A DNA stretch of 16,471 nt from Candidatus Bathyarchaeia archaeon (GCA_049512935.1 JBEKWR010000032.1:1-16471), one strand, 5' to 3'; numbered from the stretch's first letter, positions 1 to 7,512 are shown. Numbers and translations are program-made. Notes: a model not told the origin generated them from the sequence alone.

Positions 1-516
1 ATTCTTATACCAGCCGCGATTCTGACTGCCATGTGCTGCGTTTGGGGCTTAGGAATGCCTGCGATCGTTGACTTCATGTCAAAGTCAGCGTTGACCCTTA
101 AATTGACCAGCTTGGTGCCCTCTTTACTCGGCTCGTTCACCGACGTTGAAACCCCGATTTTCCTGGCGCTTCTCGTGCCAACCTTCGTCGTCGTTTACTG
201 GAGCTACTACAAGAACTATCTTGGAGTGCGGAACATCGGAGGCGGCTCAAACCCGATAAGCACCATGCTAAAGCACGCTTTCTTCTTTGACGACCTCTAC
301 TACGCTATAGCTAAGGGAATCGGAAAGCTATCCGTCGGAGTCAAGTACATTGAGGATTCAGCTAACAAACTAACCGTCAGCTTCGCCTACGGAACAGAAC
401 GCGCCGCTCAAAGACTCAAAAAAGTGCCGTCCACCACGGTGCAAAACTACATCGCCGCCGCCGTTGTCGGTTTCATTCTGATCGTGGTATTGATAATATT
501 GACTTTAGGAGTGTAA
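1..516 (+). CDS. nuoL: NADH-quinone oxidoreductase subunit L / MrpA-like antiporter subunit, C-terminal part (5'-truncated by window)
   Basis: Frame is open from base 1 (ILIPAAILTAM...). It has the FFFDDLY motif, a long amphipathic transverse helix, ...STTVQNYI and a terminal TM helix, as in the NuoL C-terminus. It lies directly upstream of nuoM. Confidence 0.8.
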   Translation: MLIPAAILTAMCCVWGLGMPAIVDFMSKSALTLKLTSLVPSLLGSFTDVETPIFLALLVPTFVVVYWSYYKNYLGVRNIGGGSNPISTMLKHAFFFDDLYYAIAKGIGKLSVGVKYIEDSANKLTVSFAYGTERAAQRLKKVPSTTVQNYIAAAVVGFILIVVLIILTLGV

Positions 517-520
517 CAAA

Positions 521-2101
521 ATGACGCTTCCAATTTTACTCTCAGTCTTCTTGATTCCCGCAGTAAGCATACCCTTCGTTTACTTAGTCGGAAAGAAATC
601 TGCAAAGTGGGCAGCAATCTTCGTTGCATTAATCGCGATGGTCAACATAGTACTGGTCTTATCGACTGTGCCAACGGTTCTGAACAACTCCTCACACCAG
701 TGGATCGAATCGTACACTTGGTTCGCAACTGGTTCGGTATCCGTCTCGTTTTCGTTGTTCACCGACGGCATCAGCGTCTCCATAGCTCTCGTCAGCCTTA
801 TTCTAATGGTCGTTGCGGCACTGTTCAGCATAAACTACATGGCGGGCAAAAAGCACATTGCCATCTACTACGCTTTGCTCACCATGCTGTCCGTGGGCTT
901 AGTCGGAGTGTTCATCACTTCCAACCTGATCCTGTTCTACCTGTGCTGGGAACTCATGCTTGTCCCCGCATACTTCATAATTGGAGAATGGGGCTACAAA
1001 GACTCATACAAGCAGGCATTCAAATTCTTCATCTGGACCCACGCGGGCGCAGTATTTGTCCTGTTGGGAATCGGAGCAGTCTACATAACCACAGGAACCG
1101 CGAACATGTTCACAGCGCAAGCTGCTCTGTTGACCGCGAGCCCAACCATCGTCAAATGGATACTGATCGCTTTGACAGGCGGATTCGCCGTTAAAATGGC
1201 TGTTATCCCAGTTCACATGTGGCTGCCTGACGCTCACTCTGAAGCTCCAGCCCCGATGTCTGCACTGCTCAGCGGAGTCATCATCAGCGCGGGAGCTTAC
1301 GCAATCTTGCGTCTCTCTCTGGGCATGGTTTTGCCATCAGTAGGCGTAACCTTCGCAACTGACTTCCTGCATGGCTTAGCAATCATCGGCATCCTTTCAG
1401 CCTTCTTCGGGTCAGCGGTAGCGCTGGTTTCAACAGACATTAAACGGCTTATCGCATACTCCAGCATCGCGCACATGGGGTACATAATGTTCGGGCTTTC
1501 GTTGTTCCCAGCAAGCGCCGCCGCAGGAACCATCGTGCTACTTTCCTCAGCCATCGCAATCACGGGTACGGTGATGCATATCATCAGCCACGCCTTAAGC
1601 AAAGGGCTTCTCTTCCTTAGCGCAGGAGGCATCATGCATCAAACAGAGGAGAGAGACATCCGCAAGATGGGCGGCTTAGCAGGCAAGATGCCGTTCACAG
1701 CGGTCTCCTCAACCATCGCAGCTTTAAGCATCGGCGGAGCACCGCCATTCGCGTGCTTCATAAGCGAGTTCCTAATCTTCGTCGGCGCCTTCGACGTGAT
1801 ACGGGTTGACTCTTTCTACATAATCCCAACCGCCCTGATGCTGGTGGCAACGGTCATTTCGCTTGCATACATGCTGAGGTTCGTTTCATTCATCTTCTTC
1901 GGGCAGCCTAAAGGCGAAAACGGCGAAGAAATCAAGGAAGCCGAGGCTAAAGAGGGCGAGCAGGTGAAAGAAGGACACAAAGGCTTAGAGGTGCCGAACT
2001 GGATTAAGCTGTCTTTCGCCATCTTAGTGGTGCTAGTTGTGTTCGTCGGGATTTACCCGTCGTTCTTCATACATCTAATTCAAACGGTGAGCATGGGTTA
2101 A
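521..2101 (+). CDS. nuoM: NADH-quinone oxidoreductase subunit M (proton-translocating antiporter-like subunit)
   Basis: 526 aa, polytopic. Motifs WELMLVPAY, KMAVIPVHMWLPDAHSEAP, DIKRLIAYSSIAHMG, FISEFLIF (TM12 Glu typical of NuoM). AGGAG RBS upstream. Confidence 0.9.
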   Translation: MTLPILLSVFLIPAVSIPFVYLVGKKSAKWAAIFVALIAMVNIVLVLSTVPTVLNNSSHQWIESYTWFATGSVSVSFSLFTDGISVSIALVSLILMVVAALFSINYMAGKKHIAIYYALLTMLSVGLVGVFITSNLILFYLCWELMLVPAYFIIGEWGYKDSYKQAFKFFIWTHAGAVFVLLGIGAVYITTGTANMFTAQAALLTASPTIVKWILIALTGGFAVKMAVIPVHMWLPDAHSEAPAPMSALLSGVIISAGAYAILRLSLGMVLPSVGVTFATDFLHGLAIIGILSAFFGSAVALVSTDIKRLIAYSSIAHMGYIMFGLSLFPASAAAGTIVLLSSAIAITGTVMHIISHALSKGLLFLSAGGIMHQTEERDIRKMGGLAGKMPFTAVSSTIAALSIGGAPPFACFISEFLIFVGAFDVIRVDSFYIIPTALMLVATVISLAYMLRFVSFIFFGQPKGENGEEIKEAEAKEGEQVKEGHKGLEVPNWIKLSFAILVVLVVFVGIYPSFFIHLIQTVSMG

Positions 2102-2114
2102 CTGAAGGTGAAAT

Positions 2115-3629
2115 GTGATGGTTGAAATAATAGACATCGTATTACCGATATTCACACTCGCAATAGCAGCGCTACTAACTATCCCAATATTCAGACGGAT
2201 ACGCAAAACCAAAAACCCCATGGGCTGGATGATAGGCTGGTTCGTGGCAGTTTTCGTAGCTGCAGGCGCAGGCGTAGCCAACCTTGCAGTAACTTATTAC
2301 AGCCAGTACGGCACTACTTCACCGCCGATACTTGACTTTGGCTTGAATGGCACAAACCCATTTTCAAGCGCCTTCATGATTGACGCCATCTCCATTTTCA
2401 TGGCGATAATCGTAGTAGCGCTTGCCGCAGTTGTCATAATATACTCAGTTTTCAGCGTCGGAGGCACCGAGCGACCTTCAGAACGCTATTTTGCCATCTT
2501 GCTGATGACCACGGCGGGCTTGCTTGGCGCCGTCCTCGCAGGCGACCTGTTAACCCTCTTCATATTCTGGGAGGTAGCCACGGCAGGCGCGGCTTTCTTG
2601 ATGCTCTTCAAGAAAAACGTGTTCAGCATCAACGCCACACTGAAATACCTCATCATGATTATCATCGCCTCAGCATTCACGGTTTTAGGCATCTCAATAG
2701 TTTACGGGATAACAGGAACCCTGAACTACATAGCAGTCGGGAGTGCTTTGGCGAAAGTTGGCACCAGCAACCACCTGCTGATAATAGCCTTCATATTTAT
2801 CGCTGCAGGATACGCCATTGAAGCCGCAATCGTACCCTTCCATTTCTGGTTACCAGACGCATACACTGCAGCTCCAGCGTCATCAGCCGCCTTTCTGTCA
2901 GCACTCATTGACCAGGGTGGCTACTATATCCTCATCAGGGTCCTACTATACATCCTGCTGCCGTCCACCCTCAACTGGACGTTAATGTTAGCAGTATTGG
3001 CGGCGGTAACCATGATTGTCGGTAACCTCTTCGCGTTGATACAGACCGACGTTAAACGTTTAATCGCGTACATATGCGTCGCCGACGTCGGCTACAACCT
3101 AGTGGCAATAACAAGCGTAACCGCACTGGGGATAATGGGTAACCTCTACTTCTTCCTAGTCGGCGGTATCACCACAGCACTCGCATTCATGGCTATCGGC
3201 GTGATAAACAGCCACGGATTCAGAAGCCTAGACGACATGTCAGGCCTTGGCAAAAGGATGCCACTGGTATGCTTGGCCTTGGTAATGGCTAGCTTATCAT
3301 TCGCGGGTGTTCCACCCTTCGGCGGATTTTTCGCTAAACTATTCGTCTTCACTGCCGCAATAGATGGCAAACTGGCGTGGCTGGCAATCATCGGAGTTAT
3401 CATGAGCGTGCTGCAGACGGCTTATCTGTTCAGGCTAATCTACGTGTTCTACGGGAAGAAACCAGCTGTTGAAACATCGATCAAGGAGTCGACACGCATA
3501 CTGATCCCGATCTTCATCTTTGCAGGCGCCTTAATCGTGGTAGGCATATACCCGCAAATAGTGCTCGGCCTAGTTCACCCCGTCGTAAACCAACTCAAGA
3601 GCCTTATACCAACTCTGTCAACTATCTAA
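2115..3629 (+). CDS. nuoN: NADH-quinone oxidoreductase subunit N-like / MrpD-like antiporter subunit
   Basis: 504 aa, polytopic. Motifs FIFWEV, VPFHFWLPDAY, DVKRLIAY, PPFGGFFAK (TM12 Lys typical of NuoN). GAAGGTGA RBS at 2104-2111; the true start may be ATG 2118. Confidence 0.8.
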   Translation: MMVEIIDIVLPIFTLAIAALLTIPIFRRIRKTKNPMGWMIGWFVAVFVAAGAGVANLAVTYYSQYGTTSPPILDFGLNGTNPFSSAFMIDAISIFMAIIVVALAAVVIIYSVFSVGGTERPSERYFAILLMTTAGLLGAVLAGDLLTLFIFWEVATAGAAFLMLFKKNVFSINATLKYLIMIIIASAFTVLGISIVYGITGTLNYIAVGSALAKVGTSNHLLIIAFIFIAAGYAIEAAIVPFHFWLPDAYTAAPASSAAFLSALIDQGGYYILIRVLLYILLPSTLNWTLMLAVLAAVTMIVGNLFALIQTDVKRLIAYICVADVGYNLVAITSVTALGIMGNLYFFLVGGITTALAFMAIGVINSHGFRSLDDMSGLGKRMPLVCLALVMASLSFAGVPPFGGFFAKLFVFTAAIDGKLAWLAIIGVIMSVLQTAYLFRLIYVFYGKKPAVETSIKESTRILIPIFIFAGALIVVGIYPQIVLGLVHPVVNQLKSLIPTLSTI

Positions 3630-3935
3630 GAAAAAAGGGCAACCCAAAAGCAAGCAATGACGCACCTAAGATACGACTTTCTCGCCTTTCTTTAAAATCT
3701 TGTACAATTGCAAATGTTGCCTTCTAGATGAGAAGACGAAATTGTTGTGATTGTACGCAATAAAGAAGCAGTTGAAAACATCAGAGGACTCGACAAAGCA
3801 GTTTCTCATCCGCAAAGACCAGCTAAAAAAACGAAGCTGCACATAGCGGCGGAGACCCACCGCATGGATGGCTGATTCTTGCAATGGCAAATTTCATATA
3901 CAAGCTAATTAATCTAAAAACGCGGTGCATACCTA

Positions 3936-5000
3936 ATGAGCGATTCATATTTCAAAAAGAAGCTTGAACCAATCAAAGTTAAACAAAAAAGCATTTCACA
4001 ACTTTTAACTGAAATGAGCAAAACCGCCTACCAGGGACGCAAACTCGGCGAGGCGGTAGATGTTTGGGAGAACATGCTCAAGGAAAAAGACCTCACCATC
4101 GCCATGGGCTTCGCAGGCAGCATGAGCACGGCGGGTCAATGGACGATTATTAACTGGCTTATGGAGAACCGTTTCATCGACGTGCTGGTTTCCACGGGCG
4201 CCAACGTTTCAGAAGACATAGTTGACGCTATGGGTTTGGGTTACTGGCAGGGAAGCCACATGGTTGATGATTCCGCGCTGCTTAAGGCAGACGTTAACAG
4301 GTACTACGACGTCTTCGGGAAAGAGACCGACTACCGAAAGATGGAGGAACTGGTCACTGACTTCGTGATGACCCTGAAAACAGACTACAACTACACATCC
4401 GCTGAGTTTCTGCATCTGCTCGGAAAGTATCTGGGCAAGAAAAAGATTCCAGCAATCTCCGCGGTCGCAGCCGCAAACGGGGTTCCAATCTTCAGCCCCG
4501 CCATGGTTGACAGCGCCTACGGCGAAACATTCCTCATGGCGAAAAACCAGGGACACAGCGTCCACATTGATTCCGTCAGGGAGTTTGACGAGTTCATCAG
4601 CATAGGCACAAAAACAAAGGATGTCGGCGTGGTCTACATCGGCGGCGGCGTACCCAAAGACCTAACGCAGCTCATAGCCATATCGGTTTCACCGCTAACT
4701 GAGGATCAAGGCGTCAAAGGCAGAAAAGGCGGCTTACGCAAAGGCTTACAAGAATACTACTACCCCCACAAGTACGCCATACAGATAACGACGGACTCTG
4801 CGCAGTGGGGTGGCCTGAGCGGGTGCACGCTGGAAGAAGCCATTAGCTGGGGCAAAATCAACAGCCAAGAAGGTACACGAGCAGTATGCTACTGCGACGC
4901 AACCATCGCACTGCCGCTGATTGCACATGCCTTGTGCGAGCGGATACCTGAGAAACGGAAAGGGCCAGACATGAGCTGGCTATTCAAAGGTGTCCAATAA
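3936..5000 (+). CDS. Deoxyhypusine synthase-like protein (divergent paralog, GGGVPK/GGLSGCT type)
   Basis: 354 aa. Motifs STGAN, NRYYD, SPAMVDS, GGGVPKD, QITTD, GGLSGCTLEEAISWGK (catalytic Lys present), CDATIALP. Confidence 0.9.
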   Translation: MSDSYFKKKLEPIKVKQKSISQLLTEMSKTAYQGRKLGEAVDVWENMLKEKDLTIAMGFAGSMSTAGQWTIINWLMENRFIDVLVSTGANVSEDIVDAMGLGYWQGSHMVDDSALLKADVNRYYDVFGKETDYRKMEELVTDFVMTLKTDYNYTSAEFLHLLGKYLGKKKIPAISAVAAANGVPIFSPAMVDSAYGETFLMAKNQGHSVHIDSVREFDEFISIGTKTKDVGVVYIGGGVPKDLTQLIAISVSPLTEDQGVKGRKGGLRKGLQEYYYPHKYAIQITTDSAQWGGLSGCTLEEAISWGKINSQEGTRAVCYCDATIALPLIAHALCERIPEKRKGPDMSWLFKGVQ

Positions 5001-5008
5001 AACAACCC

Positions 5009-5031
5009 TTTAACTTTTTTATTTTCTTTTT
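5009..5031 (+). terminator. Oligo-T archaeal terminator after the DHS-like gene
   Basis: TTTAACTTTTTTATTTTCTTTTT begins a few bases after the stop at 5000. Confidence 0.55.
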
Positions 5032-5162
5032 GCCAAGTCTATCTAGAAGCGCGGTGGTCATTTATCAGTGTGATTGTTGTGACGTCGTCTTCAATCAGGA
5101 TGTGCCGCACTTTTTCACTGATTTTACCCCATGAAACGGCTTCGCGGAGCCTGGCGTCTGAG
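5022..5162 (-). pseudogene. Decayed copy of the 3' ~45 codons of dys
   Basis: Aligns to 6494-6635 (about 105/134 identical by hand count). It translates ARLREAVSWGKISEKVRHILIEDDVTTITLI/(+1 frameshift)MTTALLDRLGKKK versus ARPREAVSWGKISEKAKRIMIEGDATVIMPIMTSALIDRLSKKK in dys. Confidence 0.92.
5110..5143. repeat. 34-bp perfect direct repeat, copy 1
   Basis: CTTTTTCACTGATTTTACCCCATGAAACGGCTTC, identical to 6581-6614. Confidence 0.95.
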
Positions 5163-5181
5163 AGCAAGTTTTCTGTAGGCT

Positions 5182-5227
5182 AAAAAGTTTTAAATCTATG
5201 TACTTACGTACATAATATTATGTACTT
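5182..5227 (+). promoter_or_regulatory. BRE/TATA promoter plus palindromic operator of the MNT-HEPN operon
   Basis: AAAAAG-TTTTAAAT lies ~25-30 nt before ATG 5220 (leaderless). TATGTAC-N4-GTACATA at 5197-5214 and the perfect 18-bp palindrome GTACATAATATTATGTAC at 5208-5225. Confidence 0.75.
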
Positions 5228-5837
5228 TGAACCTTTAACGAAAACCTCAGTCGAAATCCTTGCGCATCTCAGCTCAAAAATTCGTGAAAGCTTTACAGTG
5301 CGCCAGATTGCTGAAGCAATAAAAAAGGACTATAAAATTTCTCATGTGATGACGATGAGGTTAGCGGAGAAGCATTACATAATTGCAGAAAAGAAACCTC
5401 CAGTTACGTACTGCAAACTAAACCTAAAAGGCAATTCATCGCTTCTTGCTTACATCGAAGCGATACGCGCTAGTCGCTTCTTTTCCAAAAATCGAGATTT
5501 GGAAATACTCGTAAACGATATCTTTTCAAAAGTTCGTGGGCCATTTTTTACTTTAATGATCATCGGGTCTTACGCAAAAGGCACAGCTTCAAAAAAATCC
5601 GATTTGGACATTCTTCTCATAATTCCCGACCGGCAGATGGAAAGAGAAGTCTCATTAGCTGTGGGTTCCGTTGAGCACATTAGCCCCCTCAGCATCCATG
5701 ATACAGTGTTTACAAGTGATGAATTCGTGGATCTTTTAAACCAAAAAACGCCTAATATTGCATGGGAGGCAGTAGATAACAGAATTGTTGCGTATGGTGC
5801 TGAGGAATTCTTCAGAATCTTGGAGGCGATTTTATGA
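5220..5837 (+). CDS. Winged-HTH + minimal nucleotidyltransferase (MNT/MntA-like antitoxin)
   Basis: N-terminal wHTH-like segment (FTVRQIAEAIKKDYKISHVMTMRLAEKHYI). GS-X10-DXD motif (GSYAKGTASKKSDLD). ATGA overlap with the HEPN gene. Confidence 0.85.
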   Translation: MYFEPLTKTSVEILAHLSSKIRESFTVRQIAEAIKKDYKISHVMTMRLAEKHYIIAEKKPPVTYCKLNLKGNSSLLAYIEAIRASRFFSKNRDLEILVNDIFSKVRGPFFTLMIIGSYAKGTASKKSDLDILLIIPDRQMEREVSLAVGSVEHISPLSIHDTVFTSDEFVDLLNQKTPNIAWEAVDNRIVAYGAEEFFRILEAIL

Positions 5838-6445
5838 TAGATCAAGCAAGGACTAATGAAGCAAAAAGGAACGTGAAACAATATGTCGATGACGGTTTAT
5901 TAAAGCTCAATGAGAAAGATGCGCCAAGGTTTGTTGGCTTTTTTATGGCGAACGCAGAATCTTCTCTGCGTACGGCGTCTGTTCTGCAGCAAATATCAGA
6001 TGATGATTCACTTAAAGAAGCATTGAAGGTAGGCTTGAATTTTGAGTCCTACTTGTGGGTAATCGTATCTTGTTATTATGCGATGTTTTATGCCGCCACA
6101 GGTCTTTTGGCGAAACAAGGGATTAAAGCTTCAGGCCAAATAGTGCACAAGGTTACTGCAGATGCATTGATTCATTTTTTTGCTTCGAACGAAAAGCTGG
6201 CGAAGCTGCTTGAGCAATATGAAGAAGCGCAAACGGTTGGGTTGGAGTTGATTGGACGAGAGGAACTTATGAAAAAGATGCAAAAGAAGGCTGATGAACT
6301 AATAATATCATATGAGGGCGAGCGAAAGAAACGAAGCAAGTTCCAATATGACATAGGAGTCCAAGCAAAAAGAGGATACGCCCAAACTTCGCTTGAAAGA
6401 GCAAGAACCTTTGTTTTCGAAATAAACAAACTAATAAAATCATAA
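5834..6445 (+). CDS. HEPN domain protein (putative toxin partner of MNT)
   Basis: CYYAMFYAATGLL...G...H motif and C-terminal R-X4-Y (RSKFQY) typical of MNT-associated HEPN. Translationally coupled to the MNT gene. Confidence 0.85.
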   Translation: MIDQARTNEAKRNVKQYVDDGLLKLNEKDAPRFVGFFMANAESSLRTASVLQQISDDDSLKEALKVGLNFESYLWVIVSCYYAMFYAATGLLAKQGIKASGQIVHKVTADALIHFFASNEKLAKLLEQYEEAQTVGLELIGREELMKKMQKKADELIISYEGERKKRSKFQYDIGVQAKRGYAQTSLERARTFVFEINKLIKS

Positions 6446-6485
6446 AAGATGTATTTCAAAGGCTGGCAGAAAGTTAATCACTCTA

Positions 6486-7463
6486 CTAACCAGTTTTCTT
6501 TTTGCTCAGCCTGTCAATAAGCGCGCTGGTCATTATTGGCATTATTACTGTTGCGTCGCCTTCAATCATTATGCGCTTGGCTTTTTCACTGATTTTACCC
6601 CATGAAACGGCTTCTCGCGGTCTTGCGCCGCTGAGGCTTCCGTCCCACTCATCTGCTGTGCTGATGTAGACTACGAAGTCTAAGCCGTCTTTGAACTGGT
6701 TCCACCAAATCGTGTGATGCTTGCTGATGCCTCCGCCGACGATTAGGGCGCCGCTTTTCTTAGCGTCGAAAACGATGTTGTTGAGGTCACCTTCGTCTTT
6801 AAGCAAGTTAATCCTGAAGTCATGGTGGTCCTGACTGAAGAACCATAGCTGGTAGCCTACGGAGCCGTCGGTTATGCCTGGCACAAACACGGGGATGTTG
6901 TTTTTCGCTGCCCAGTAAAGAATTGAGGTTTCGTTGCAGCATCGTAAGCCGATTTCACGGCACAATTCGGTGGTGGAAAGTTCCCGTTTGCCTTCCTTGT
7001 ACAATTCCTCAAGGAGCCCGATGATTTTTTTCTCTATGATCATCCCGTAGCTGTCGTTTGGCACAAGCACGTTTCCAAGGCGGTTTACGCCTTCCCGGTG
7101 AAGTTTTGAATCGTTCATTACGAAGCTGCCTTTGTAGTAGTCTTTCCAGCATCGGGCAACGTCATGGTCCAATGTGCCGCAGGTTGTTATGACGACGTCG
7201 ACGAGTTTGCGCTTGACGAGTTCCTTGATTACGCCGCGGGTGCCCGTGGCAACTATGTCGGCGGGGAACGATAGAAACTTGACGCATCCCTCTGCGTTAA
7301 TCATGGACTCTATTATGCCCACGCCAACGGCAACCTTGCCAGCGGTGAAACCCCATGCCTTATCCATTTGGCGAACAAGCTCATCCACAGACATTCCCAC
7401 TGTAAAATCGTAATCCTTCACTGGTTCCTTATGAGGTACTTTAGGCAATAGCTTAATCTCCAA
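6486..7463 (-). CDS. dys: Deoxyhypusine synthase (canonical TACK-type, aIF5A modification)
   Basis: 325 aa, TTG start. Motifs TTCGTLDHD, NRLGN, PGITDGS, GGGISKHHTIWWNQF, DEWDGSLSGARPREAVSWGK, EGDAT. Confidence 0.95.
   Translation of the reverse strand: MEIKLLPKVPHKEPVKDYDFTVGMSVDELVRQMDKAWGFTAGKVAVGVGIIESMINAEGCVKFLSFPADIVATGTRGVIKELVKRKLVDVVITTCGTLDHDVARCWKDYYKGSFVMNDSKLHREGVNRLGNVLVPNDSYGMIIEKKIIGLLEELYKEGKRELSTTELCREIGLRCCNETSILYWAAKNNIPVFVPGITDGSVGYQLWFFSQDHHDFRINLLKDEGDLNNIVFDAKKSGALIVGGGISKHHTIWWNQFKDGLDFVVYISTADEWDGSLSGARPREAVSWGKISEKAKRIMIEGDATVIMPIMTSALIDRLSKKKTG
6581..6614. repeat. 34-bp perfect direct repeat, copy 2 (inside dys, encodes EAVSWGKISEK)
   Basis: Identical to 5110-5143. 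Confidence 0.95.
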
Positions 7464-7495
7464 TGCATTGGATAAACGAGAGTTTGAATAAATAT
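7459..7495 (-). promoter_or_regulatory. Putative dys promoter with palindrome over the start
   Basis: Minus-strand ATATTTATTCA lies ~25-30 nt upstream of TTG 7463. 14-bp palindrome TCCAATGCATTGGA at 7459-7472. Confidence 0.45.
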
Positions 7496-7512
7496 GTGTC
7501 GAAGTTGGCGAC

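Larger units (their letters stand above)
5110..6614. mobile_element. Small integrated element (~1.47 kb) in the dys 3' end carrying an MNT-HEPN module; no integrase
   Basis: Bounded by 34-bp direct repeats 1471 bp apart. The gene tail is duplicated, the cargo is visibly AT-richer than the flanks, and it encodes a TA-like pair. Confidence 0.6.

Noticed and set aside
607-1194. 195-aa alternative-frame ORF inside nuoM, and the many short antisense ORFs in the track
   Set aside because: They fully overlap well-supported genes and have no recognisable motifs; they are expected shadow ORFs.
1910-1985. Charged Glu/Lys/Gly-rich insertion in the NuoM C-terminal loop
   Set aside because: Low-complexity variable loop in a region known to vary in length; no functional inference is possible.
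3732-3810. Plus-strand peptide EDEIVVIVRNKEAVENIRGL, faintly like the HpcH/HpaI aldolase 'VIVQIET.EAVENI' motif
   Set aside because: Too short, lacks the conserved QIE residues, and is preceded by a stop. It cannot be distinguished from chance without a search.
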